Positions 18,950 to 28,688 of a stretch of DNA of 64,000 bases are shown here, in pieces. The stretch's first letter is position 1. Each line of letters begins with the position of its first letter. Under the pieces are notes generated by a model, which searched no databases, had not been told where the DNA came from, and saw nothing but the letters and a program-made list of their open reading frames with translations. The stretch spans positions 256,001 through 320,000 of the forward strand of contig CAVTHO010000007.1 in NCBI GenBank assembly GCA_963734545.1. The letters run 5' to 3'. The stretch is from an uncultured Spirochaetota bacterium (lineage in GTDB: Bacteria > Spirochaetota > Spirochaetia > SZUA-6 > Fen-1364). Both the position numbers and the translations under genes were made by a program.

Positions 18950-19320
18950 TCGAAGTCTTCGTAGTCGAGATCCTCGTCGATATCGTATTCATCCTCGTCG
19001 AGGTAGTCTTCTTCTGCCTCCTCTTCTTCTTCGTCCTCTTCCTCGTCGAGATCTTCTTCCTCTTCTTCCTCCTCTTCTTCCTCGTCCTCTTCGAACTCCT
19101 CGTCGAGGTCCTCGTCGAACTCTTCTTCCTCTTCGCTGATCTCTTCTTCGTCGTAGTCTTCCTCGAGATCGTCCTCGTAGTCGTCGAAATCGTCGTCGAG
19201 GTTTTCCTGATCGTCATCCGCTCCTACGCTCTCGTCCTCGCCCTTTCCCTTGCCTTTTGCAAGGGAGTAGCCGAGCGCGGGATAGATCTGCCTGCCGATG
19301 TTTTCGTTGAATTCCATCAT
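18943..19320 (-). CDS. Extremely acidic low-complexity protein
   Basis: 125-aa ORF; about 28-aa head then almost only D/E; GGAG SD upstream. Confidence 0.7.
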   Translation of the reverse strand: MMEFNENIGRQIYPALGYSLAKGKGKGEDESVGADDDQENLDDDFDDYEDDLEEDYDEEEISEEEEEFDEDLDEEFEEDEEEEEEEEEEDLDEEEDEEEEEAEEDYLDEDEYDIDEDLDYEDFDQ

Positions 19321-19377
19321 GGTACACTCCGCTTCAGCCCGTGAAGTATGGAACCTAGCTGAATCTACGTCCAGATT

Positions 19378-19884
19378 TTACGAATTGTCAACTAGTTTTT
19401 TCGGGTGTTCCGCGGACTGCGGTTCCTGCATTCCCAGGAAGACGGTGAGCCTTCCAAAAGGGCCCCGGACGGCGCGGCTGAACGATACGGCAAGGTCCGG
19501 AACGAGGCTCTGCAGCTGACGGGCGGCGATGACCGCCGGCGGTGTGATGTCGCAGCGCACCTGCCTGTCGAAGAGCAGGGTGATTGCCCGCCCGGTGATC
19601 TGGTTGGTCAGCTCGCCGAGCGCCGCCATGTGGATTTCGCTGAATCTGTCCGTCACCGCGATGCGGAGACCGCCTGTCATCGCGCGCAGAATGAACGAGG
19701 CGCTGGGCGTGTCGGTGCGCAGCATGAAGATGCCTTTCAGATCCCCCGTGATTCCCACGCTGGTAATGACGTGGTCCTCTGCGGCGGGCTCCTCCTCGGC
19801 GCCTACCTTGTCGATGGTGATTCCCGTGTCCGCGAAGACCTGTCGGATGGCCTCGATGAACACCTCGAGGATCTTCTGCTCCAC
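19378..19884 (-). CDS. cheX: Chemotaxis phosphatase CheX
   Basis: VGITGDLKG, ALGELTNQITG (ExxN), DITPP; GTG start after a sigma70 promoter. Confidence 0.9.
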   Translation of the reverse strand: MEQKILEVFIEAIRQVFADTGITIDKVGAEEEPAAEDHVITSVGITGDLKGIFMLRTDTPSASFILRAMTGGLRIAVTDRFSEIHMAALGELTNQITGRAITLLFDRQVRCDITPPAVIAARQLQSLVPDLAVSFSRAVRGPFGRLTVFLGMQEPQSAEHPKKLVDNS

Positions 19885-19890
19885 TTCCCG

Positions 19891-19919
19891 AGTATAGGAA
19901 CGCCCGGAAGGGCTGTCAA
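19891..19919 (-). promoter_or_regulatory. Sigma70 promoter of cheX (leaderless)
   Basis: Minus strand TTGACA-N17-TATACT-N6-GTG. Confidence 0.75.
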
Positions 19920-19957
19920 ATCCGGCGCCTGATCGTCTGGCGGTGAATTCAGGCCCC

Positions 19958-19986
19958 TTGCGACAAATCCTGCCGTCTGCTACTAT
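19958..19986 (+). promoter_or_regulatory. Sigma70 promoter of spoVG
   Basis: TTGCGA-N17-TACTAT with TG extension. Confidence 0.55.
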
Positions 19987-20020
19987 AAATAGATGCGGAT
20001 TCGCCAGGCGGAGGCCACTC

Positions 20021-20371
20021 ATGGAAATCACGGACATTCGCATCAAGAGGGTCGAATCTGACAACAAGCTGAAGGCCTATGTCACCATAACCTTCGACAA
20101 CTGTTTTGTCGTTCACAACTTGAAGATTATCCTGGGTCAGTTCGGAAGATTCGTGGCGATGCCCAGCAGAAAGACGAGGGACGGAGAGTTCAAGGATATC
20201 GCCCATCCGATCAATTCAGAATTCCGCAGGAAGATACAGGCCCGCATCCTGGAGGAGTTTGACAAAGGGGCGGGAGAATTGCATATTTCCGGGCAGGACG
20301 ATGACGAGTCCACGCAGCAGGCCGACCCGGGGGAGGGCGATTCGCTCGACGGAGATCGCGGCACCCCGTGA
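20021..20371 (+). CDS. spoVG: SpoVG nucleic-acid-binding regulator
   Basis: MEITDIRI..KLKAYVTITFD..FVAMPSRK..FKDIAHPIN. Confidence 0.96.
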   Translation: MEITDIRIKRVESDNKLKAYVTITFDNCFVVHNLKIILGQFGRFVAMPSRKTRDGEFKDIAHPINSEFRRKIQARILEEFDKGAGELHISGQDDDESTQQADPGEGDSLDGDRGTP

Positions 20372-20388
20372 GGTCCCGCGGCATTCGT

Positions 20389-20460
20389 TGGGACGTCGGC
20401 AAGCGGTAAGCCACCGGAATTTGGATCCGGCATTCGCAGGTTCGAATCCTGCCGTCCCAG
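20389..20460 (+). tRNA. tRNA-Gln (TTG)
   Basis: TGGGACG/CGTCCCA acceptor stem, CCGGA/TCCGG anticodon stem with TTG, GGTTCGAATCC T-arm; CCA not encoded. Confidence 0.95.
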
Positions 20461-20568
20461 GATGAGCTGACCGCGGTCACGGATGTCACGGGGGACAGTG
20501 ACCGCGGACACCGCACGGACTACCGTGCAAAGGTACATGGATTTCACACACGAAGGAGTTTCTTGGGT

Positions 20569-21225
20569 ATGGAAGCAAAGAGACTGAATGTCGAATCGCG
20601 GCAGAGCGGAGGCAAGAGCGTGGCAGGCCGTCTGCGGGGCACCGGCAAGATCCCCGCCGTCATATACGGACACACGGTTCCCACCTCCATCACCGTGGAC
20701 GCGCGCGAATTCCGCAACGCGTTCAAGAGAATAACGGAGAATGCCATCGTCGAGCTGCACCTGGGAGGTGCCGTGCACGAAGTGCTGGTGAAGGACTACC
20801 AGAGGGACAACCTCACCGGCCAGATCCTGCACGTGGACTTCTACGAGTTCGAGAAGGGCAAGGCGCTTCGCACGCGCGTTCCCATCCGTCTGATCGGCAA
20901 CCCGGTCGGCGTAAAAGAGGGCGGCATCCTGGAAAGCCTGCTGCACTCTCTCGACGTGGAGTGTCTGCCGAAGGACCTGCCGGAAGAGATCACGCTGGAC
21001 GTCAATGAGCTCGGACTTGACCGCGCCATGCACGTGAGGGACCTCACGCTGCCGGAGGGCGTGCGCTCTCTGCAGACGCCGGACCAGGTGGTGTGTCTCG
21101 TCGCTCACCGCAAGGCGGAGGAGGAAGTGGCTCCCGCAGCCGTGGAGGGAGAGGTCCCCGCGGAAGGCGAGGAGGCTGCCGAAGGCGCCGAGAAGGCGGA
21201 AGAGACCGAGGAAAAAGAGGAATAG
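20569..21225 (+). CDS. rplY: 50S ribosomal protein L25/Ctc
   Basis: RLR..GKIPAVIYG, ILHVDFY, GVKEGG; long CTC form with acidic tail. Confidence 0.95.
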   Translation: MEAKRLNVESRQSGGKSVAGRLRGTGKIPAVIYGHTVPTSITVDAREFRNAFKRITENAIVELHLGGAVHEVLVKDYQRDNLTGQILHVDFYEFEKGKALRTRVPIRLIGNPVGVKEGGILESLLHSLDVECLPKDLPEEITLDVNELGLDRAMHVRDLTLPEGVRSLQTPDQVVCLVAHRKAEEEVAPAAVEGEVPAEGEEAAEGAEKAEETEEKEE

Positions 21226-21228
21226 TAC

Positions 21229-21810
21229 CTGGCCCTCGTTGTCGTCGGTCTCGGCAATCCGGGGGCGCGCTACTCCGGCACCCGGCACAATGTGGGCTAC
21301 ATGGTCGTGGACGCCCTGGCGCGCCGCCTGGGCGTCTCATTCAAGAAGAAGATCTTCCGTTCATATTCCGCAGGGAAAGGAACGCACGAAGGGCGGAGCG
21401 TGCACCTCGTGAAGCCGCTCAGCTTCATGAACAACTCGGGCAGGGCAGTGCGGGAGGCCCTGCGGGAGACACGCAGCGCCCCTTCGGAGATGCTCGTGGT
21501 ATGCGATTCGCTCGATCTTTCCCCCGGCTCGGTCCGGCTCAAGCTGAAAGGCTCATCGGGCGGCCAAAAGGGCCTGCAGTCCATCATTCAGTCCCTCGGC
21601 ACGGAGGACTTCATGCGTCTTTCGATCGGCATCGGAAGACCCGGGCACAAGGGGGAGGTCATCGCCCACGTCCTCGGTTCGCCGCGCCGCCATGAAGAGG
21701 AGCTCATCGCTTCTGCCGTGGAAAAGGCGGCCGGGGCTGCGCTCATGCTGCTCACGGAGGGTCCGGCGCGTGTCATGAACGAAGTGAACAGGAAAGAGCC
21801 TCCCTCATGA
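21229..21810 (+). CDS. pth: Peptidyl-tRNA hydrolase (probable CTG start)
   Basis: VVGLGNPGARYSGTRHNVG lies upstream of the called ORF; KPLSFMNNSG, RLSIGIGRP. Confidence 0.95.
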   Translation: MALVVVGLGNPGARYSGTRHNVGYMVVDALARRLGVSFKKKIFRSYSAGKGTHEGRSVHLVKPLSFMNNSGRAVREALRETRSAPSEMLVVCDSLDLSPGSVRLKLKGSSGGQKGLQSIIQSLGTEDFMRLSIGIGRPGHKGEVIAHVLGSPRRHEEELIASAVEKAAGAALMLLTEGPARVMNEVNRKEPPS

Positions 21811-23234
21811 GAGCATTGGAGGATTCAGTAGGCGCCGCGCTTTCTGAAACGTCCATCATGCCGGGCAGCACACTGCTCATCGCCGTCTCCGGCGGTCCGG
21901 ATTCCACCGCCCTCCTGCGTGCGCTCGCCGCCCTGCGGGAGGAACGCGGATTGAACCTGGCTGCCTGCATCGTTGACCATGGCATCAGGGCAGAGCGCGA
22001 GAACGAGGCGGATATCGCATTCGTTGTTACGCTTTGCGCTGCGCATGCCGTCAAGCTGAGCGTGGCCCGCATACCATGGGGGGAGTGCGCCGACCGGGCC
22101 AGGGCGGCAGGCCGCAGCCTCGAGGAAATGGCGCGTGAAATGCGTCACCGGCTGCTCAGGGAAGCGGCAGCAGCCGTGGGCGCACGCGATATCGCCATGG
22201 GCCACACGCAGGATGACGTGGTGGAAACGCTCCTGATGAGGGTGCTCCAGGGCTCTGATCCTGATGGACTCAGGGGAATTCCCATGCGAAGAGGTCCTTA
22301 TATCAGGCCCCTTCTGCGCTGCACGCGGGAGCAGGTCGTGGAATACCTGGCGTCTCTCGGACAGGCCTGGCGCGATGATCCGACGAACCTTGACACGGGA
22401 TTCTTTCGCAACCGGGTACGCCACGTCCTGGTGCCCGTCCTGAGGAAAGAGTTTCCGGGCTATGTGACCGGTTTGCTGAGTCTCTCGAGGAAGCTTGCCC
22501 ATGCGGGCGATCTCGCAAGAAAACAGGCCTCACTTCTGCCCTGGAGCAGCGAAGGGGCCGGCTTTTCGATTGCCGCCGAAACCTTTTTCGCCGCTCCCAT
22601 TGCCGCACGCGCCGCATCCCTGCTGCTGCTCTACGATCGCTTCCGGGGACCTGACTCTCCCCGCCGGCTTCCGTGGCGTTTTCTTGCTCCCGCCCTGGAA
22701 CAAAGGGGAATTCCCGCCCGGGGTTGGATCCTGAAAGGTCATGGGGCGGGCTTGTCCCTCCGTTCCGGAAGGCTGTCATGGGGACCCTGTATTGCCAGCC
22801 AAGGCAAAAAGGGCTACTTTATCCTTGTCTCCGGAGTCGAGGACATCGCTATTCGGGGGACAGGGATACGCGTGCAGTTTGCCCGCGGCCCCCGCGGGGC
22901 GGGCAAGTGCGATGGAGGATTGCCCATCTTCCTGAGGGAGGTGGATCCTCCCATCGTTCTCAGGTCAAAAAGGAAGGGAGACGAAATCCTTCTCGAGAGC
23001 GGCGCTGCTTCAGTGAAAGAATTGCTGGCCGGGTGGAAAGTTCCTGGACCGGACAGGAGCAGGGTGCCGCTTCTGGCGGATCGAAAAGGCGTGCTGGCGG
23101 TCCTGGGCGGCGCGCTGGGATATCGCACCCGGGCACGGGCGGGCGCTCTCGCGGGAGACTCCGAGGACGCGGACCGCATCGAGGTACGAACAGTCATTCA
23201 TATGGAAGAGGGACGTGAGCAACAACAACGATAA
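21807..23234 (+). CDS. tilS: tRNA(Ile)-lysidine synthetase
   Basis: AVSGGPDS PP-loop, VDHGIR, GHTQDDVVET, DPTN, RNRVR. Confidence 0.95.
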   Translation: MRALEDSVGAALSETSIMPGSTLLIAVSGGPDSTALLRALAALREERGLNLAACIVDHGIRAERENEADIAFVVTLCAAHAVKLSVARIPWGECADRARAAGRSLEEMAREMRHRLLREAAAAVGARDIAMGHTQDDVVETLLMRVLQGSDPDGLRGIPMRRGPYIRPLLRCTREQVVEYLASLGQAWRDDPTNLDTGFFRNRVRHVLVPVLRKEFPGYVTGLLSLSRKLAHAGDLARKQASLLPWSSEGAGFSIAAETFFAAPIAARAASLLLLYDRFRGPDSPRRLPWRFLAPALEQRGIPARGWILKGHGAGLSLRSGRLSWGPCIASQGKKGYFILVSGVEDIAIRGTGIRVQFARGPRGAGKCDGGLPIFLREVDPPIVLRSKRKGDEILLESGAASVKELLAGWKVPGPDRSRVPLLADRKGVLAVLGGALGYRTRARAGALAGDSEDADRIEVRTVIHMEEGREQQQR

Positions 23235-25140
23235 CGGCGACAACAAGGGACCCGATCCTCGGATCCCGCGCTTCAATTTCAACAACCGGATAGCACTCAT
23301 ATCCCTGCTGATCCTGGTCTCTTTCTTCGTGTTCTTCTTTGTCTACAATGATCGGACGGGCACGTCGGAGCTCTCCTATTCCGCCTTTCAGACCTACATG
23401 TCCGAAGGCCAGATAGACAGCGTCAAAATCATCGACCAGTACGAGATCCAGGGGACTTTCAAGGCGAAGTCCGGCGACCTGAGCTTCTTCAAGACCACCA
23501 TTCCCTACCCCGATCCCGATCTCATGAAAACCTTGCGGGACAGGGGGGTGAAGGTCTCCGGCGGCGCCCGGGCGGTTTCCCCGCTCGCGGTGCTCATCCA
23601 GTTCCTTCCCTGGGTCATCGGCTTCTTCTTCATCTGGTTCATGTTCCGTCAGGTGCAGGGCAACGGGAACAAGGCCTTTTCCTTCGGCAAGAGCCGGGCA
23701 AAACGGTACCTGGATTCCAACAAGCGCATCTCGTTCGTCGACGTGGCAGGCCAGGACGAGGCCAAGTACGAGCTGCAGGAAGTGGTGGAGTTCCTGAAAA
23801 GCCCGCAGAAGTTCTCACGGCTCGGCGCCAAGATTCCCAAGGGGGTTCTCCTCGTCGGAATGCCCGGGACCGGCAAGACCCTCCTGGCAAAGGCCATTGC
23901 GGGCGAGGCAAACGTTGCTTTCTTCCATATGTCCGGCTCGGACTTTGTCGAGATGTTCGTGGGTGTGGGAGCCAGCAGGGTGCGGGACTTGTTCGAGCAG
24001 GGCAGACGCCACGCGCCCTGTATCCTTTTCATCGATGAGCTGGATGCGGTGGGCCGCACACGCGGCGCGGGCTACGGCGGCGGGCACGACGAGCGCGAGC
24101 AGACCTTGAACCAGATGCTCGTGGAAATGGACGGGTTCGACACAAAGGATGGTGTCATCATCCTGGCAGCGACAAACCGCCCCGACGTCCTTGACCCCGC
24201 GCTTCTGCGCCCGGGGCGCTTTGACCGGCAGGTGGTCGTGGACATGCCGGACATCCGGGAGAGGGAGCTGATTCTTCGCCTCCACGCGAAGAAACTGCCC
24301 CTTGCGGAAAACGTCGACCTGGCGCGTCTGGCCCGTGCGACACCCGGTTCCTCCGGGGCGGACCTTGCGAACCTCGTGAACGAGGCGGCGCTCTTTGCCG
24401 GCCGGAAGAGCAAGGACCGCGTGGACATGGACGACTTCGAAGAGGCGCGTGACAAGACTCTCATGGGGGTGGCGCGCAAGAGCAAGGTCATTCCCCCCAA
24501 AGAGAAGCAGATGGTTTCTTACCACGAGGCGGGACACGGCCTGCTGCACTACTTTCTGAAGAACGCGGACCCCCTGCACAAGATCACGATCATTCCCCAC
24601 GGCCGTGCGCTCGGAGTCGCCTTCTCCCTGCCGGAGGACGACGCATACTCACGGAACAAAGGGTGGCTTCTGGACAGGATTACAATCGCCATGGGCGGAT
24701 ACGCGGCGGAAAAGCTCATGCTGAATGAGACGACCACGGGCGCGCAGAACGACCTGGAGCAGGCGACGGAGCTGGCGCGAAGAATGGTCTGCGAATGGGG
24801 CATGAGCGATGTCCTGGGACCCATTGCGTATGGGCAGAAGGACGAGCCGATCTTTCTGGGCAAGGAGATCGCGCGGCACAAGGATTACTCGGAGGAGACG
24901 GCACGCGCCATCGACACCGAAATCAAGAAGATCGTCGAAGCCTGCCTGGCGGAGGCCGAGCGTATTCTCGGAGAGCAGAAAGAGAAGCTGAAGCTCCTTG
25001 CCGTGACCCTGCTGTCCAGAGAGAATCTCGACGACGACGAGATTCGGACGCTGCTCGATCTGCCGCCTCGCAAGCGGGGGGAGTTCGAGCCGGCCGGCAT
25101 TGCCGCTTCCGCGGCGACTTCGGAAAAGGAACCGCGGTAG
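23215..25140 (+). CDS. ftsH: ATP-dependent zinc metalloprotease FtsH
   Basis: Two TM; [38 protein letters not shown]. Confidence 0.98.
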   Translation: MSNNNDNGDNKGPDPRIPRFNFNNRIALISLLILVSFFVFFFVYNDRTGTSELSYSAFQTYMSEGQIDSVKIIDQYEIQGTFKAKSGDLSFFKTTIPYPDPDLMKTLRDRGVKVSGGARAVSPLAVLIQFLPWVIGFFFIWFMFRQVQGNGNKAFSFGKSRAKRYLDSNKRISFVDVAGQDEAKYELQEVVEFLKSPQKFSRLGAKIPKGVLLVGMPGTGKTLLAKAIAGEANVAFFHMSGSDFVEMFVGVGASRVRDLFEQGRRHAPCILFIDELDAVGRTRGAGYGGGHDEREQTLNQMLVEMDGFDTKDGVIILAATNRPDVLDPALLRPGRFDRQVVVDMPDIRERELILRLHAKKLPLAENVDLARLARATPGSSGADLANLVNEAALFAGRKSKDRVDMDDFEEARDKTLMGVARKSKVIPPKEKQMVSYHEAGHGLLHYFLKNADPLHKITIIPHGRALGVAFSLPEDDAYSRNKGWLLDRITIAMGGYAAEKLMLNETTTGAQNDLEQATELARRMVCEWGMSDVLGPIAYGQKDEPIFLGKEIARHKDYSEETARAIDTEIKKIVEACLAEAERILGEQKEKLKLLAVTLLSRENLDDDEIRTLLDLPPRKRGEFEPAGIAASAATSEKEPR

Positions 25141-25174
25141 CTGACGGTCATTCCATGCCGATATTCAGGAAAGA

Positions 25175-26779
25175 GTGAAAAGGCCTTCGATTTTCTTCAT
25201 TATCTTATCTGCCCTCTCATTCCTCTCTCCTGGCAGGGTACCGCTCTTTGCCCAGATGATCGGGCGGGAAGAAGCCGCCCGGAACCAGGCGGACGCATTC
25301 CTGGTGCAGGCGGCACTTGCCCTCGGGTCCGGATCATCCACCCAGGCCCGCCCGCTGGTCGATTCCGCCCTCGAGCTCGCTCCAGACTATTCAGAGGCCC
25401 TCTACCTCCGCGCCCGCCTGGAGCTGGCGGATCGCGGCTCGACTCTACCCGCCATCGCGGATCTCCGCGCGGCGTTGAAGCAGGCAACATGGAAATCGAC
25501 GGATCCCGATGCTGCCGAGCAGACTCTCGGAGAAGCCCTCTTGCACGCGGGAAGGCCGTCGGAAGCGCGGCCGCTCCTTGAGCGTCTTGTCTCGGTCCAT
25601 CCGGAAGATCCTCGCAACACCCTCCTGCTGGCCCGGACATTCGCGAAGTCCGGAGACGCGGTCCGGGAACAGAGGGTGCTTTCCGATGCCGCGGTGCGTT
25701 TTCCCCTGGAGGACGATTTTCGGCTGCTCTCAGCCGCACTTTTCGAACGGCAGGGAAGGACCGCGGCGGCCCGCAATATCGTCGCCATCGGCCTGAAAGT
25801 GCATCCGGAGAGTCTGCCCCTGCTGCTCGCTGCGGCGCGGCTCGAACGTGCCGGCAGGGCCAGGATAACCTCTGTGGATCTTTATCTGGACAAGGGCGGC
25901 AGTGACCCGCTTGGACCCGTTCTTGCGCTGGAATCCGCGCCCCGTGATCGTCAGAAGTATCTCGATCTTTTCCTGACCCTGGGAGGGCTCGCCCGCCAGG
26001 ACCTGGTGGATCGCGTTTCGGCAGTGGTGCGCGGCAGCAAGGACCTTGCGAGCTCCCTGCAGAGCGCCCTGTCCCAGTACACGGGCACGCGTGACCTCGA
26101 CGCCGACGGGGACGGATACTGGGAGGACCGGTGGACGTTCGACAAGGGCGTCGTGACTGATTGGGTACATGAGCCCGCCCAGGACGGCGTTGCCCAGTAC
26201 TCGGCCCGGTTCGCGAAGGGCACGCCGGTCACCTTCACCTATGCCGCGGGATCGAATGTGAAGGTCACTTTGAGCTTCAGCCAGTACCCCTTCATCGAAT
26301 CGGCGTCCGCGAAGCCGGCGCAGATCGCACCGAGTACGGTGCGCGCGCCGCAAGCCGCGTCGAGTATGCTGCGCGCGGGCGGCACGTACTTCATTGTGCC
26401 TTACACGCTTCAGTGCCCCTTTCTCCGGCCCGGAACGGCCGGCGCGCCGGGGCTTGCCCCGCGAATCGCGGCCAGGATCCAGACGCCCACGCTCGAGCAG
26501 CTGGAGAAGGGCGCATATCGGAAAGAGGAATATTCGCAGGACGGCGTCACACTGCTCCGGCGGAGCGAGCTCTCCCGCGGGCAGAATGTGTACGTGGAGG
26601 AAGACACGGACGGGGACGGTCGGGTCGATCACAGGGTATGGTACCTGAACGGGCTGCCTGCGCGCGGCGAGCGGTCCCCTACCGGGGATGGGGTCTTCCC
26701 GATCAAAGAGATATGGCGCGCCGGAAACCTCGTGAGGGAGACGGTCGTGGGCTTCAGATACAGCGAGGCAGCGAGATGA
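25175..26779 (+). CDS. Secreted TPR-repeat protein with DxDxDG motifs
   Basis: Signal peptide; TPR-like helices (ALELAPDYSEALY); DADGDG and DTDGDG in a beta-rich C-half. Confidence 0.75.
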   Translation: MKRPSIFFIILSALSFLSPGRVPLFAQMIGREEAARNQADAFLVQAALALGSGSSTQARPLVDSALELAPDYSEALYLRARLELADRGSTLPAIADLRAALKQATWKSTDPDAAEQTLGEALLHAGRPSEARPLLERLVSVHPEDPRNTLLLARTFAKSGDAVREQRVLSDAAVRFPLEDDFRLLSAALFERQGRTAAARNIVAIGLKVHPESLPLLLAAARLERAGRARITSVDLYLDKGGSDPLGPVLALESAPRDRQKYLDLFLTLGGLARQDLVDRVSAVVRGSKDLASSLQSALSQYTGTRDLDADGDGYWEDRWTFDKGVVTDWVHEPAQDGVAQYSARFAKGTPVTFTYAAGSNVKVTLSFSQYPFIESASAKPAQIAPSTVRAPQAASSMLRAGGTYFIVPYTLQCPFLRPGTAGAPGLAPRIAARIQTPTLEQLEKGAYRKEEYSQDGVTLLRRSELSRGQNVYVEEDTDGDGRVDHRVWYLNGLPARGERSPTGDGVFPIKEIWRAGNLVRETVVGFRYSEAAR

Positions 26780-28557
26780 GACGCCTTCTGGCGCTTTCCG
26801 CACTTTCCGTGATCCTGGTCGTTTCCTGCGCCACCGCGCCGCAATCACCTGAGCCTGTTCCCCTGCCCGCGGCCAAGCTGAAAGAGGTCCAGGACCTTTT
26901 CACGGCAGGGTCATACCTCCAGGGCATCGGCGAAATAGATACCCTGCGTCGTGAGCGGGCCGACATCTCCGGTTCCGAGCTCGACTCCCTGGAGGCGCAG
27001 GCCATTGAATCGCTTTCCGCCGCATTCAAGAAAGCGGTAGACAGCAAGAGCTACGACGATGCATTACGCCTGTTCGACTCTGTCCAGGCACTCGGCAAAT
27101 CCGAGGCAGCCGGGACCCTGACCAGGAAGTCGCTTCTGGAGAAGCTCGCCGCTTCCCAGGATGCCTCCGGTGATCAGGTTCTCGCTCTGCTGACGCGGAT
27201 CCGCATTCTGTCGGCCGCGGAGCCGGCCGAGGCGGATTTCAAGGCGGCGCTGACCGCCGCTGAAGCGCTGAACAATCGCGCCGCTATCCGGTCCCTCGCT
27301 GCAACCATGAAGACACGGGGCCTCGCATTGCCGGATTCGGCCGCCGGGATCGCCGCCACGGCGCCCTCGTTCCCGAAAATGATCACCGGCACGGTCACCA
27401 TTCTCGTGAACAGGGGCATCAAGGTGGAGAACGGGGTGGGGTACCCCGATCGGGTCATCGGGAGCGGCTTCTTCATCGACAAGCGCGGGTATATCCTGAC
27501 AAATCACCACGTAATTGAAAGCGAAGTGGATCCCAAATACGAGGGTTATTCCCGCCTGTACATCCGACTCTCGGAGAGTCCCGCGGGAGAGAGGATCCCC
27601 GCGAAGGTAGTCGGCTACGACAAGATCTTCGACCTTGCCTTGATAAAGGCGGAAGTGACACCTGAATACACGTTCAGCGGCTCGTTCGATCAGACCGTCG
27701 CCCCGGGGGACAGGATCTTCGCCATCGGCTCTCCCGCGGGACTGGAAAAAACCATTACCGCGGGCATCATCTCCGCCATGGGACGCCGGCTCCTCCAGGT
27801 GGGAGACAGCATGCAGGTCGATGTGCCCCTGAACCCGGGGAACAGCGGCGGCCCGCTGCTCGACGAAAAGGGGGATCTGATCGGGATCTGCTTCGCCGGA
27901 CTCCAGCAATTTGCGGGGCTGAATTTCGCCATCCCGTACACGTGGGTCGAAAAAGCGCTTCCCGCGCTGTATCGGGGGGGCCAGGCAATTCATTCCTGGC
28001 TGGGAATGGCCGTGGCGGAAACCGACAAGGGCCTCGAGGTTGTCTACACGGTGCCGAGCGAACCGGCCGCATTGGCAGGTCTCCGACCGGGCGATGTCCT
28101 CGAGGCGGTGGACGGCGTTTCCTATACGAAGCTGCAGGACGCGCAGGAGGCGATCCTCCGGCATACTCCGCCTTCGCTCATCCACGTGACCATCCGCAGG
28201 GGCGAGGCCCGAATCCAGGCGCTCGTATGCCTCACCCAGCGGCCCGACGATCCTATCCAGGTCGCTCTCAAGCGAGACGCGCGGGACAAGGTCCTGTACC
28301 CGCTGTTCGGCATGCAGCTTGAAAAGACGGGAAGCTTCTTCTGGCGGGACAACTACGTGGTGAGGCGCGTCACCAAAGGCTCCGTCGCGGATGAGTCGGG
28401 AATCTCAGTGGACGATCCGTTGGCCATCCAGGATTGGCGGGTGGACACCGACAAGGGCTACGCGATCCTGCAGGTGGTGATCAAGAAGAAGAGAGCCGGA
28501 TTCATCGAAAGCGCCATCCAGATCGCGACCTACCTCGAAACGGAAAATTTTCTGTAG
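26776..28557 (+). CDS. Lipoprotein, trypsin-like (S1C/HtrA) serine protease with PDZ
   Basis: Lipobox VVSC; GSGF, LTNHHV, DLAL, NPGNSGGPL; PDZ-like AGLRPGD. Confidence 0.92.
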   Translation: MRRLLALSALSVILVVSCATAPQSPEPVPLPAAKLKEVQDLFTAGSYLQGIGEIDTLRRERADISGSELDSLEAQAIESLSAAFKKAVDSKSYDDALRLFDSVQALGKSEAAGTLTRKSLLEKLAASQDASGDQVLALLTRIRILSAAEPAEADFKAALTAAEALNNRAAIRSLAATMKTRGLALPDSAAGIAATAPSFPKMITGTVTILVNRGIKVENGVGYPDRVIGSGFFIDKRGYILTNHHVIESEVDPKYEGYSRLYIRLSESPAGERIPAKVVGYDKIFDLALIKAEVTPEYTFSGSFDQTVAPGDRIFAIGSPAGLEKTITAGIISAMGRRLLQVGDSMQVDVPLNPGNSGGPLLDEKGDLIGICFAGLQQFAGLNFAIPYTWVEKALPALYRGGQAIHSWLGMAVAETDKGLEVVYTVPSEPAALAGLRPGDVLEAVDGVSYTKLQDAQEAILRHTPPSLIHVTIRRGEARIQALVCLTQRPDDPIQVALKRDARDKVLYPLFGMQLEKTGSFFWRDNYVVRRVTKGSVADESGISVDDPLAIQDWRVDTDKGYAILQVVIKKKRAGFIESAIQIATYLETENFL

Positions 28558-28598
28558 ACCTGTCGCTCCTGGCGACGTTGGATGTCGAAGCCGGCCGA

Positions 28599-28649
28599 GG
28601 CCATGGGCTCCCGCCGCGCTCGCGCGGCTGCCGCCCTACGGATGGCCGA
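28599..28649 (+). repeat. Palindromic intergenic repeat, homologous to 62130-62178
   Basis: GGCCATGGGCTCCCGCCGCGCTCGCGCGGCTGCCGCCCTACGGATGGCCGA versus GGCAAGGGCTCCCGGCGCGCAAGCGCGCCTGCCGCCCTATGGATGCCGA. Confidence 0.8.
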
Positions 28650-28688
28650 CGGGCCGGCTGCAGGGCGGCGTCGCCGGGCGCGACATCC

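Noticed and set aside
18919-19344. Hydrophobic Phe/Leu/Val-rich ORF resembling a membrane protein
   Set aside because: It is the reverse complement of the Asp/Glu codons of the acidic protein
20415-20430. Purine (A) at position 32 of tRNA-Gln
   Set aside because: A single base in error-prone sequence cannot be interpreted
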